Source: Octopus sinensis (Eukaryota). From it: 64,000 nt of DNA. The notes beneath the pieces were generated by a model. That model was not told the origin of the DNA, did no database searches, and was given only the letters and a program-made list of their open reading frames with translations. The stretch is from assembly GCF_006345805.1 (NCBI RefSeq), contig NC_043005.1, forward strand, positions 78,244,001 through 78,308,000. The letters run 5' to 3'. Positions 28,250 to 41,146 of the stretch are shown in pieces (the stretch's first letter is position 1; every line of letters starts with the position of its first letter). The translations under genes were made by a program, and so were the position numbers.

Positions 28250-29166
28250 ATACATACATATTTATATATGCATATATATAAACATATACATATGTATAAA
28301 CATGTCAACATATATATACTTAGATATATATGTACATGTACATATATACACATACACACAGACACACACACACACATCCATATATATATATATGTACGTC
28401 TGTGGGTGTATATACAAATATACATACACACACATACATAATGTATGTATGTATGTATATATGTGTATATATATATACACATTATTATTACAGTAGAGCT
28501 GTGCTAATTTATCTTTCCATTGCATCAGTTTTCATGCCTATAGGAATGCAATTTCATAGCAATCGTCAGATAAACATCAAGACATGTGTGTGTGCATGTG
28601 TGTGTGTGTATTTGTGTGCGTGTATGTGTGTGTGCATGTGCGTGTATGTATGTGTGTGTGTGTGTTTTGTACTATTATGCTATCATGTCATCTTGTACAT
28701 ATTCATGGGTGTATGTTTCAATGAAAGAGACGTAAAGATATGACTAAATAAACTTGTACTGCCATCGACTAGCAGGAAAATACGTCAGAAAGTCATCAAA
28801 TTCATTTCCTTCTTCTCTTTAAACTTTCTTTGTGCCATAGCTAACTAATTCTTCAACATAATAAACATTTCCCAGTCAGTCACCGTTGCAGGATATTCAT
28901 TAATAGAAATAATATAAAGCGAAGTCATAGTTGTACAACAAATATGGAGAACGCAATTACAAGTAATTCAAAAGTGATTGCATGGTGAAGAGGTTCGCTT
29001 GCTTCGAAACCATGTGTTTCCAGGTTCAATAACACACCATTGCACGTTGAACTAGCGTCTCCAACTACAGCTATGGGTTGACCAATTCCTTATAAGTGGA
29101 ATTTGAATGAGACACATCGTTCGAAATCCCAAAGTACATATATACACACGCGTATAAATATATATG

Positions 29167-29230
<64 letters not shown>

Positions 29231-29236
<6 letters not shown>

Positions 29237-29911
29237 AATTAAGACTGAACACGAAAAGTGGACAGTCAACATGCTAGATATAGACGCCAAATCGCCATTC
29301 TCCACAAAAGATTATGTTCTCAAATCAAACTCATCACAAACCCAAGCAATAAACAAGTGAAAATATACGAAATACAATACTTATCCATGTACTGATTCTA
29401 CCCTTAATTGATTTTATATAAATAAATATGTTCTCTAACCGATAAATTGACTGCTGCTAATTATTAGCTGCAGGCTAGTTTCTTCGGGTCTCAACGCGCC
29501 AAAGTAAAGGCATTTGAAAGATACATTCGAATGTAATAGGTTGAACTCCACGCACATGATACTCCGGCATCGTTTTTGCATCTAGTTCAGCAAATTGCAT
29601 TTATATCGGGCCATGCTGACGAAGGCTACAGGTATCCTTGCGGATAATAATAGTCGAAACTGAATCAGTACATGGATAAGTATTGTATTTCGTATATTTT
29701 CACTTGTTTATTGCTTGGGTTTGTGATGAGTTTGATTTGAGAACATAATCTTTTGTGGAGAATGGCGATTTGGCGTCTATATCTAGCATGTTGACTGTCC
29801 ACCTTTCGTGTTCAGTCCTTAATTGGTATATATAAATATTTAATCTTCGGATTCTTTTTTTAATATGCTAGACCACTGGTTTTAATTGATAAATATTGAT
29901 TTCTACCCTTA

Positions 29912-29925
<14 letters not shown>
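29231..29925 (+). mobile_element. non-coding PLE/retrozyme-like element: ~505-nt unit with terminal direct repeat, inverted ~168 bp arm and HHR
   Basis: 29231-29398 is the reverse complement of 29662-29831. ttctacccttaatt(g/a)attttatata occurs at 29396 and 29901. (TA)n lies on both sides. Confidence 0.85.
29611..29675 (+). ncRNA. type I hammerhead ribozyme motif, intact core
   Basis: ccatg CTGACGA a ggcta..(tatcc-ttgc-ggata)..tagtc GAAA ctga-a-tcag TA catgg. All three stems pair and the cleavage triplet is GUA. Confidence 0.85.
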
Positions 29926-29958
<33 letters not shown>

Positions 29959-30040
29959 ATATGCATATATATCCTTATATGTGTTTGTGTGTGTGAATGC
30001 ATGTGCATAAATGTGTATACATATGTACATATATTGTTTT

Positions 30041-30090
<50 letters not shown>

Positions 30091-30297
30091 ATATATATAT
30101 TATCAAATAGAAATTAAAAACAGAACACAAAGGATATCGCGGTACACGTGTTTCAAGCTTTATAAACAATCCGTTATTACATCAGTGTATTGTTGATCAC
30201 TATCTTGCATATACAGGTGCTTAAGCTTATCAAGTATGCACTCTAAATATGTGTGTGTGTGTGTGTGTATGTGTGTGTGGTGTGTGTGTGTGTGTGT

Positions 30298-30351
<54 letters not shown>

Positions 30352-30977
30352 GTGTATGTATGTATGTATGACTTTATTAAAACTCTTTTTCGTAAAAGAA
30401 ATTTTCTTTTGTAGGGAAATGTCATCCAAGCGGGAACCAGTTTTGCGCTATTATCGGTTGATGATTCTGGATATCATTCACGTGTTTATGTACTAATGTT
30501 CTTGGTTGGTTTGTTTTACCATTTTAGTACTTTCCACTTCCGAAAGTTCAGTTGTCTCTGTGGAGACTTCATTCTTTTCGACCCTGTTGAAAGAAAGCAG
30601 AAAATATACATAGAATAATCATTTTTTAAAAATCACAGTGCAGTCGATTAATAAGTTCTTACATGTAAGAACTTATTAATTGAATATGTATATTCCCTGT
30701 TTTCTTTAAATAATTATATATAATATATAATGCATATACACATACTTATATGTACATTCTTACATCTATAAGTATATATATATTATATATATATTATATA
30801 TATATATATCTATATATATATATATATACAATAAAAGCAATTAAGATTCAAGTCAATTCTAATGAATTCACTTGAATGCGGTACTTAACTTAGATGCACC
30901 AGAAAACTATATGGTGTTAACCATACCGTAATGTGGGGTGATTATAAGCGAGAAAGAAGCAACAAGAATGGATTAGT

Positions 30978-31068
30978 TTTTAGTACAATTGTTTCATACA
31001 AAGACAGGCTTTATTAAAAGTTGCAAATATTGCAGCAGATAAAAGTGTCCCGTACTCATCAGCTAAAA
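30978..31068 (-). ncRNA. type I hammerhead motif with long stem II
   Basis: Minus strand: ttttag CTGATGA gtac..~50 nt hairpin..gtat GAAA caattg TA ctaaaa. Confidence 0.8.
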
Positions 31069-31501
31069 CACATATGAGTTCTCCAAACATCTTAGTGGGT
31101 GAGGCTACACTCATGAAGTATTGGAGATAATTTCATTAAAAGCAGATTCAGGTTGCAAACAGACTTCCGAAGTTCTTTAATGATGATGCACAGTCTTATC
31201 ACAGGTTTTAAAAAAACTTATTAGCTTCACAGAGAAGGTGAATTAATCCGTAGTGTAGGTGTAAATTTCCAGAGATATGAGGAGGTGTTTCATATCTCTG
31301 GAAATTTACACCTACACTACGGATTAATTCACCTTCTCTGTGAAGCTAATAAGTTTTTTTAAAACCTGTGATAAGACTGTGCATCATCATTAAAGAACTT
31401 CGGAAGTCTGTTTGCAACCTGAATCTGCTTTTAATGAAATTATCTCCAATACTTCATGAGTGTAGCCTCACCCACTAAGATGTTTGGAGAACTCATATGT
31501 G

Positions 31502-31592
31502 TTTTAGCTGATGAGTACGGGACACTTTTATCTGCTGCAATATTTGCAACTTTTAATAAAGCCTGTCTTTGTATGAAAACATTGTACTAAAA
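31502..31592 (+). ncRNA. mirror hammerhead copy, stem III altered
   Basis: ttttag CTGATGA gtac..gtat GAAA acattg TA ctaaaa. Confidence 0.7.
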
Positions 31593-31624
31593 ACTAATCC
31601 ATTCTTGTTGTTGTTCTTTCTCGC

Positions 31625-31659
<35 letters not shown>

Positions 31660-31739
31660 TATATACATACGTATATGTACATATTACATCTATACATACA
31701 TTATATATATATATATATGTATATATATATCTATATATA

Positions 31740-31772
<33 letters not shown>

Positions 31773-32104
31773 ATATAGATATATATATATACATACATAT
31801 ATATGCATATGTGGGCACAGGACGTCATGAAACGTGTACAATAAAAAAAATACGAAATACGAGTATTTCGAGCATTTAACAACAATATACGCTTTCGATA
31901 AAAAGCAAATTAAATAAGATTTGGGATTTTGCGGAGGGTCAAAATTGGTAACACAAACAGGACAGTGAAAACAAACAGAAAGGGCTGCTAAGCCTAAACG
32001 AGGTTATATAATATACATACATATATATATATGATAGGAAAAATTTTCAGTGGTCAATAAAATCAGCTTACCTCTGCTAGGCCAGCAAAATTAATGATGA
32101 TTAA

Positions 32105-32161
32105 TATGATTCCAAGGTTTCGAATTTAGCGCCAAACAGTGCCTGATTCGTTTCAGTCATA
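32105..32161 (-). ncRNA. degenerate hammerhead-like motif
   Basis: Minus strand: tatga CTGAAAC gaat..attc GAAA cc-tt-gg AA tcata. All three stems pair but the core is mutated. Confidence 0.45.
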
Positions 32162-32368
32162 ATCTGCCAAATAACGACTACTGAAATTTGCCCCACCCTG
32201 CCTGCAAATTCGTTCGAAGTGATCAAACACTATTTGGACAAACGAAATATGTGAAATTATTTTGTAAGTAAATATGAGAGTCATAGAATTATCAAAGTGC
32301 CATCACAAGCGAATACCAGCCGTACAGGAAAATTAATAAAATATACATACATACATACATACATACAT

Positions 32369-32570
32369 TATGGCTGCCCCCTCGTTATCGAGTATGGCCA
32401 TAGCACGAAGCTTAACTGTTACTGGTGCTGTGATCGAATGTGACTTTTTAGCCCAGCTAAAGATCAACAATGTACAGAATTGGCAACTAATACCTTTACC
32501 GGTAATATCTGTAGTTGTAACTGGGCTTCATGTACATTTGCATGTCGTTTAAGTCCTCCTGCCGAATTAC
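32369..32570 (-). mobile_element. RTE-like LINE 3' end with zinc-finger remnants and (TGTA)n tail
   Basis: SAGGLKRH..SLAGLKSHIR on the minus strand; the terminal ~45 nt are shared with 52208-52256. Confidence 0.6.
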
Positions 32571-32593
32571 ATACATACATACATACATGCATG

Positions 32594-32635
<42 letters not shown>

Positions 32636-32720
32636 ATATACACACAAGGGTACCACATGACTACCTACATCGCTAAAAGTAGAAGTCAAAAATACTTCTG
32701 TGTTACGGAATAGTCTTATA

Positions 32721-32835
32721 TACCGTATGGATAGTGTTATAACCCCATACAAAACGTTTTTTCTAAATTTTAAGCCCCCAAAATTAGGGTTGTTCCTTAT
32801 GCACGCGGGTTTCTTATTTACGTTAAAATATGGTA
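32721..32835. mobile_element. small Tigger/pogo-like MITE
   Basis: Ends taccgtat ... aaatatggta. Confidence 0.45.
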
Positions 32836-33121
32836 TATATGTATGTTCCATTAATGTGCCCGTACGGCTCGAATTTGCTTGCCAATGGTGATAATATATT
32901 GATAATACTATCGTTCTCATATTTACTTTTATATATATAAGGTTAAACCAGAAAAATGGCTGTGACAACCAGCCAAGTAAACCATGGTGGGAATTGAGCT
33001 CAGAACACAAAGAATCGGAACAAACAACGCGTTGCACTCGGTCTGACGTCCACCACTGTCACTGGTCTCGTAGAGGTTGGAAAGAACATGAGTACAGCTT
33101 TTCCTTAGAACTAACATATGT

Positions 33122-33515
33122 AGGAGTAGTTGTGTGGTAAGTAGCTTACTTACCAACCACATGGCCCCGGGTTCAGTCCCACTGTGTGGCACCTTGGGCA
33201 AGTGTCTTCTCCTATAGCCTCGGGCCGACTAAAGTCTTGTGAGTGGATTTGGTCGACGGAAACTGAAAGAAGCCCGTCGTATATATGTATATATATGCAT
33301 GTGTGTGTATATGTTTGTGTGTCTGTGTTTGTCCCCCCAACATCACTTGACAAGCGATGCTGGTGTGCTTACGTCCCCGTAACTTAGCGGTTCGGCAAAA
33401 GAGACCGATAGAATAAGTACTAGGCTTACAAAGAATAAGTCCTGGGGTTGATTTGCTCGACTAAAGGCGGTGCTCCAGCATGGTCACAGTCAAATGACTG
33501 AAACAAGTAAAAGAG
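33122..33515 (+). mobile_element. SINE family A, full length
   Basis: Matches family consensus. Confidence 0.9.
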
Positions 33516-33599
33516 TTATCCGATGTATCTTTGCGCGTTTGAAGACTATAACGTTTTAGAAACATTTGGTTTCTATTTCTAACAGGAAAAGCGACCACA

Positions 33600-34445
33600 T
33601 AGAGATTACTCGATGACGCTCATCAGTGATCACGTAAACTTCTGCCGTGTATTGATTAAAAGAACTAGATGTCACTTTAATGAAACTGTTCTGTTATCTG
33701 GAATCATTGTGTTGGAAACTAATGTCAGATGAATTAACGAAAGTACGTTGTTTTGATCTTCCGTGAAAATATTTTCTATTTTATGTAAAACCAGTAAAAA
33801 GTTCGAGTACGAAAGAGAAAAAGAAAAAAAGTTTATGATTGAATTCCAAGTTATATAAACGATTTGTCTTTCACTTCAGATGTTTAATGTTGCTTTTATT
33901 ATAGGAACCTACCGTCTCTGCTCACTGACTGACCTGACATCTGTTGATGATGTTAAATTATTTTACGTCCATTTCAGATTTTAAATTTTAAGAGATTGAA
34001 CAATGGTATGCTGTGATAGTCGTATCTTTCCAAAACACATAATACTCGTTCAGAAGCGTTAGCGCGTCAGGCAAAACGTTTGACGGCATTGCTTACATCT
34101 TTACGTATTGAGTTGAAACTCCATCGAAGTCGGCTTAGCCCTTCACTATTGATAAAAATAAAAGTATCTGTTGTCACTGGGGTCAGTGTACTAAATTCTT
34201 TGCCCCAATGGTTACATGAATTTCTATTGTGCATTGTTTAAAAGAACTTCATTACACTTTAATGTAACTGTTCTGTAGTTTGGATTCGATGTACTGGAAA
34301 TTAATGTCAGATGAAATGAATTAATGAAATTTCGTTGTTTTGATCTTCCGTGAAGAATATTTTCTATTTTCTGTAAAAGGAGAGAAAAGTTCAATAAAGA
34401 AAGAGATAAAATAAATAGTATGGTCGAATTCTAAAGTATTATTAA
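33600..34445. repeat. old diverged direct duplication (~33600-33860 vs ~34235-34445)
   Basis: Shared aaagaact..cactttaatg.aactgttctgt..taatgtcagatgaa..cgttgttttgatcttccgtgaa..tattttctatttt. Confidence 0.8.
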
Positions 34446-34719
34446 TGGTTGTTTTTTTTCTCTTTCTTCACGACTTTAATATTTCTTTTGGTCTCTCTCA
34501 AACTATGCTACCACGTTTACCGTGATTCGTTTAAGGTGCTCGTTGTAGTATCGAACCAGGTACCCTATCGTCGCGAAGCTAAAATAGATACAAAATGTAT
34601 TACAGTATTCAGGATCTAACGAAGAGGTTTCTGCTTGATCAATCACCAGCCAGAAATAGCATCAAGGTTCGTTGAACTATACATTACTTTAGTCATAATA
34701 TTTTCTACTATAGTCACAA

Positions 34720-34900
34720 GGCCTGAAATTTGATAGGAGGGGACTGGTTGATTACATCGACCCCTGTGAAGGCAAAGTTGAAGACCCCTGAAAGGCAAAG
34801 TTAACCTCGGCGGAATTTGAACTCAGATCGTAAAGACGGACGAAACGCCGCTAAGCATTTTTCCCGGCATTCTAACGATTCCGCCAGATCGCCGCCTTAA
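34720..34900 (-). mobile_element. SINE family B
   Basis: Reverse complement of the consensus head. Confidence 0.8.
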
Positions 34901-36260
34901 TCGCTTTAGCCATAATAATAATAAGCATACATTGAGAAGAACACATTAGATGTAGATATAAAGGCGATGTTTAATAGTTACACGTGGAACGTTTTTGATC
35001 TTAGGTCTGTTCAAACCAATCTTACCTGAGGCTAAAACACACTAACATGAGTCTTACGATATTTAATTTTTATAGCAGAACTATGACCAAAGGTGTTTCA
35101 ACCATAGCTATTCTGTATCTTTTTTAAAAACTGTAGTAATTAGAGTGAATTTAGCTACTATTCCTAGCATTTGGAATGATCACGTTAAGGGTCTCTCGTT
35201 GAATCCTGGCTTTTTTTCTGCCTTTTATTTTTACTTGTTTCAGTCATTGGGCTGCGGCCATGCTGGAGTTCCCCTTGAAGGGTTTAGTTGAATTACTTTC
35301 AGTATTCATTTTTTAAATCTGGTACATATTCCAATTTTATCGGTTTCTTTTACTGAACCGTTAAGCTATGGAGTCTTAATGACGTCGGAAGGTCGACTTG
35401 ACTTTCTGGTGTAATTCCTCCTGAATCGATAAAAAGAGAACCATTAGAATATTGTGGTTAATTCAATCAACTAAGCCTTTCCCATAACAAAAAAGAAATC
35501 GACTTCAGTCGAATTTACACTGAAGACATGAAGAACGAGACTACAAAATGCTGTGAGTCTAATGCTGTCCAATTAAGAGAATAAGGCAGAAATTCGAAAT
35601 GTAAATATGAAAGGATAACTGTGTAAGAAAAGTGAAACGTTTTCAGCCAGGAATTGAAAACCGTATCGTGTGTAACGAATTGCCGTGAAATCCTTGTTAT
35701 GCGAAATCCATCACCGATTTACCTTCAATACTGGCTCTGTGCCTGATTAACAGAAAGCGTTTCGATAAATACAGCAACAAATACGAAAATTAATGATTTT
35801 TTAATATTTTAGTTATTGTTTCGTTTTGTTTCTGCTGCGGTTTTTTTTTGGTTTGTTTTGTTTTTGGTTTTGTTTTGTTTATTTATTTATTTATTTCGTT
35901 TTACATCAATAAAATGATTGCTAACGTTAATGATTTCTAACGTTAATAGCATCAAGAACAATAATAAATGATACGTTAATGAAAGTTATGATAGCAAATG
36001 CCAAAGGAGAAACCATTTAAGGAAATTGCTTTTGAATTTTGTTTTTATACCATAGTAATTATATACAAAAAGGAATATTATCTACAACAGAGAGAGAGAG
36101 AGAAGGTAGTGAGGTGGAGAGAGATGCCAAAGCTGACAGTGAAAAATAAATCTTCAAACGTGGTTGCATGGTTGACAAGAAATGAGGAGAAAAGCCTGTT
36201 ACGATGTGAGCAAAGAGAACCCAAGCATATCTGTGTAGCATCAATACTATTCAGCACTGT

Positions 36261-36425
36261 CGTTCTGAGTTCAAATTCCGCCGAGGTCGACTCTACCTTT
36301 CATCCTTTCGAGGTCGATAAATTAAGTACCAGTTACGCACTGGGGTCGATATAACCGACTTAATCCGTTTGTCTGTCCTTGTTTGTCCTCTCTATATTTA
36401 GCCCCTTGTGGGTAGTAAAGAAATA
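36261..36425 (+). mobile_element. 5'-truncated SINE family B with perfect 15-bp target-site duplication
   Basis: ACTATTCAGCACTGT at 36246-36260 and 36426-36440. Confidence 0.9.
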
Positions 36426-37706
36426 ACTATTCAGCACTGTTGGGGAGCGCGGTACTGCTGAAAGGTGCCGAAACTATATTGATCTCCAGTTAGTAGCAGT
36501 TGAAGGGTTTGTCCTTCTATGCAAGTTATCTATAAAGTACAAAATACAAATATCATTTTACTTTTATCCTTGACATACCTTTGTGCATTCGAGAGTTGTT
36601 GTTATGAAATAAAAGATAAAAGCCTTGATTATATTCGACTTTCTCATCCGCAATAGCCCTTCCAGGATTTACAAATTTGAATTAGCAGGTTTGGCCTTAG
36701 CTGGTCATCCAAATCTAATTACCTGTTCCGTTTTCTTCTTCCATTACCTGGCACCAATAAAAGTCCCTCTAAATGATTCTATGCAATGTAACTGTTCTTA
36801 AAACTAATGAAGCGCGGTATCTTCAAACGCTGTTATTATTGATATACAACAGAACAGGTGGTTTGCTCGGTAAGTGAGGAGAAATGTAGAGAGAAGATTG
36901 ATTCGGTCAATGAATAATTTGATTTTTCTCATAACAAACAGATTTCATCGTACTAGAGCTGACTCTGTCAACCGATGTGAACTATGTCGATTTATGATCT
37001 GAGTTTAACTCTTGCAGAGGTCGACTTTCGCTTTTATCTTTCAAGTTTGAATCGATTAAACGCCAGTCATATACAGCGGTCAATTCATTTGTGGACTGCA
37101 TAATTCTTCAACATATTTGTGAGTTTGTGTCAAAGCTAGATAGCATTATTATTGTTGTTGTCATTGTAATTGTAGTCACTATTGTTGTTGATGGTGGTGA
37201 TACTGCTGCTGCTGTCTTCTTCTTCTTCTTCTTCTTCTTCTTCTTCTTCTTCTTCTTCTTCTTCTTCTTCTTCTTCTTCTTCTTCTTCTTCTTCTTCTTC
37301 TTCTTCTTCCAATCAGGACTCACGCCATCCGCCACAAGGAATAATCTCTAATTCGAGCCTACTCTACTAAGCTACTGAGAATGCGTGTGGCAACTTGAAG
37401 ATCCGCCCACCACACGCGATAGACTGGCGGTTGCACGAGCGCGAAAGCTACGTTGTTATCCTCATTCCGTAAACGGTGGCTTTTAACGGGTGGAGAGCTG
37501 AACCATCCTGGGGTACAGAGGATTCGCAATCTAGTCTAGGGTCTGAACGTTTACCACACCATGGTTCCTCTGCTTTGTGGCAGAAGTTGGAAGAAAGAGT
37601 GAGAGAAAGTTGAAGTCAACAGCCACCCAATAAAACAATGAACTCGATTTCAATGTATCACTTCAATGTTGAAATTTTAAAAGCCTCGGTGGGGTTGGCT
37701 TTTCTC

Positions 37707-37753
<47 letters not shown>

Positions 37754-38589
37754 TCTCTTCTCTTCTCTTTCACAAATTTTCTTCTTTTCGTGTTTTGAAA
37801 GACACAGCAATACATAATCGAAGTTATTGTAGTCTTCATAATCAATAAGACAAAATCGAAATATTGAAGTTTCAACCGAATAGATGAGACAATTGACATG
37901 GAAATCGAAATCTGCTTATCGCCTGGAATGCATTTCTGCATTGAAAATATGCATCAAATACCATTTTCATCTTAATTGAAAGTATTTTTCTTTCTTTCTC
38001 ATCTAAAACATTGTCTGTACCAGTGGCTGCAAGCAATAATTAGATCGATCTCGAACGAGTTTTTCTTATACTGTTCTCCATTCATAATTTTGCCACATTT
38101 CATCTAACAGAGGATCGTTGGAATAGAGATGTCAAATATTTTTGAAGTCATTTTCGACAGAAACTCAACCGATATTTGTTATACAGTTCAATCGGTCAAT
38201 CAAATCAATTAATTAGATCAATTAGTTAAAAAAAGCAATATTTATCTCAATGATGAAAGCTGGCACAAACTATAGAGCTTTCGTCTTGCAATATTTTCCA
38301 CTATTTTCTTTCTTGTATTTCTTTGACCATCGTTTCACTGAACTCGAAGAATTTGGTACTAGTCAAGGAATGACGTTGATTTAATCTATCATACCCAACT
38401 CCCAGAACATATTCCAATGAAAGGTGTGACTTGGAAGAAACAGTAGGACTGTGAAATAAATGTCTTGCTAGATTTAGTTTTATACCTCCAAATCCTGTAT
38501 TAGTTGTTGTTCACCCTTTTAGAATTGACTGACTCAATAGCTTTATAATCTCGTAAGCGACAATTAATAACGATAGAATCAATATTTAT

Positions 38590-38910
38590 TTCGTTATTGC
38601 TCACAGGGGGCTAAACATAGAGGGGACAAACAAGGACAGACAAGGGGATTGAGTCGATTGTATTGACTGCAGTGCGTAACTGGTACTTATTTAATCGACC
38701 CCGAAAGGATGAAAGGCAAAGTCAGCCTAGGTGGAATTTGAACTCAGAACGTAATGGCAGACGAAATACCTATTCCTTTATTACCTACAAGGGGCTAAAC
38801 ACAGAGAGGACAAACAAGGACATACAAACGGATTAAGTCGATTATATCGACCCCAGTCCGTAACTGGTACTTAATTTATCGACCCCGAAAGGATGAAAGG
38901 CAAAGTCGAC
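38590..38910 (-). mobile_element. two tandem truncated family B SINEs
   Basis: Repeated ggggctaaac..gaccccgaaaggatgaaaggcaaagtc. Confidence 0.85.
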
Positions 38911-39879
38911 CAAAGGTGTATTAGAGCCGACCGAGGGTTAAACGTTCTCAACGGTTCTTTTTTCCTAGTTTGAAATCGAAACAGAAAAGAAACACAAAAT
39001 ATATTTAAAACAAAAACACGGAACTGAAGGATATGATGCAAACCTTCAACATTTTGACCACAAATGCAACTGATCGATTTAACCAGAGTAATTTTGTGAG
39101 ATAATTTACTTACGCAAAATAATGTAATAGATTGCTTTCCTAGATTTTGGAAGATGAGGAAGTAATACGAAATGCAAAGCTTCACTTAAACGCCATAACC
39201 CATCTAATATATCCAAAATGAAATACTTAGCATTTATTCTATCTGCACACATTAGTTGGAAATAAATATTTAATATCATCTCTTAGCAGCAGAGCTAAAA
39301 GTTTCCAATTCATTGGAACTGAAACTAAATATGTCTTATTGATTCTGCCTTCAAGACATTCTCGGATAATTTGAAAGCTTGTACCTGATAAGCATTAGTA
39401 CAAACATATTTTATTCTTCGTTGGGTGTAAGGTCAATTTTGTAGTGAAGAGAAACTAGAGCAAATTCTATCGATCTAAATATACTGGTTTCCTTTAGCCA
39501 CCCCAGATGGTTCTTATTCGATTATTTTCTATTTTCGGTTTCAGCCAGAAGCTGCAACCATAGTGGGGCATCACCGTTACATGTATCTTAATTTTTTTTT
39601 TTTTTTTTTTGCTGGGTTTAGAGGAAGAGGTGATACCCAAACCCATTGCGGGTCCAACAAAACTAATGAGACCGATGCAGTTAATGTGCCGCTATGCTGC
39701 TCAAACAGTTGTGATCTGTTAATGGCTTTTAAGAACACCATATTTCGTTATGCGACCATAATATACCACAAAGTATATTAAATGGTTTTATGAATCAATA
39801 TTGTGTTCTTCTGTGTTAGCAGTGCTATTACATCACTTGTTAAGGTCATCTCTACGGATTTCTAAAGAAAATCTCCAGA

Positions 39880-40450
39880 GGCGCAGGAGTGGCTGTGTGG
39901 TATGTAACTTGTTTACCAACCACATGGTTCTGGGTTCCTTTCCACTGCGTGGCACCTTGGGCAAGTGTCTTTTACTATAGCCTCGGGCCGACCAAAGCCT
40001 TGCGAGTGGATTTGGTAGACGGAAAAATTAAAGAAACCTGTCGCATATATATGGCTGTGTGGTAAATAGCTTGCTTACGAACCACATGGTTCCGTGTTCA
40101 GTCCCGCAGCGTGATACCTTGGGCAAGTGTCTTCTACTATAGCCTCGGGCCGACCAAAGCCTTGTGGGTGGATTTGGTAGACGGAAACTGAATGAAGCCC
40201 GTCGTATAGTATATATGCATATATATATATGTGTGTGTGTGTGTGTGTTTGTGTGTCTGTTTGTCCCCCCAACATCGCTTGACAACCAATGCTGGTGTGT
40301 TTACGTCCCCGTAACTTAGCGGTTCGGCAAAAGAGACCGATAAAATAAGTACTAGGCTTACAAAGAATAAGTCCTGGGGTGGATTTGCTCGACTAAAGGC
40401 GGTGCTCCAGCATGGCCACAGTCAAAAGACTGAAACAAGTAAAAGAGAGA
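39880..40450 (+). mobile_element. SINE family A: 5' half followed by a near-full copy
   Basis: Head duplicated at 39880 and 40052. Confidence 0.9.
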
Positions 40451-40827
40451 GTAGATAGCCTTAACAAGTTGTGATATCAGCAAGAAAGACAAGGGGTTTT
40501 GGTGAACACTGTTCTTAGGAAGAAGGATCGGGTTATGTGGTCAGTGTGTGACTTGGGTTGTGTAGACACAAGATGAGTAATGAAAAGTGAAGATCGACTA
40601 AGAAATGCCTGAGTGGAAAAGGTACTAAACCAGCCAGTTCTGAGGAGTAGGGTAGTATTTTCGATTATATCGGTCTTTGGATATACTATTGATAGCTTAA
40701 TGATCTCGTTGCTGTTGATTAAGCAAACATATAATCAAACTTGCTTCAGCCATGGCCAACCCATCCTTTTTTATATTTTATTGTATTTTATCTTTTCAAA
40801 TTTGTAGGATACGCAATTTGATAAATT

Positions 40828-41146
<319 letters not shown>

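Larger units (their letters stand above)
30948..31624. repeat. near-perfect palindrome: ~333 bp arms, 9-nt spacer (31281-31289)
   Basis: 30948-31280 is the reverse complement of 31290-31624, with differences only near the outer ends. (TA)n abuts the right end and lies ~120 bp left of the left arm. Confidence 0.97.

Noticed and set aside
30135-30240. GAAA-cacgtg-TA on the minus strand (HHR stem III signature)
   Set aside because: No CUGANGA with a pairing stem I could be assigned; at most a decayed remnant.
36579-36748. Segment bounded by AG and GT on the minus strand
   Set aside because: Stops in all three frames; it could only be a non-coding exon, and nothing supports that.
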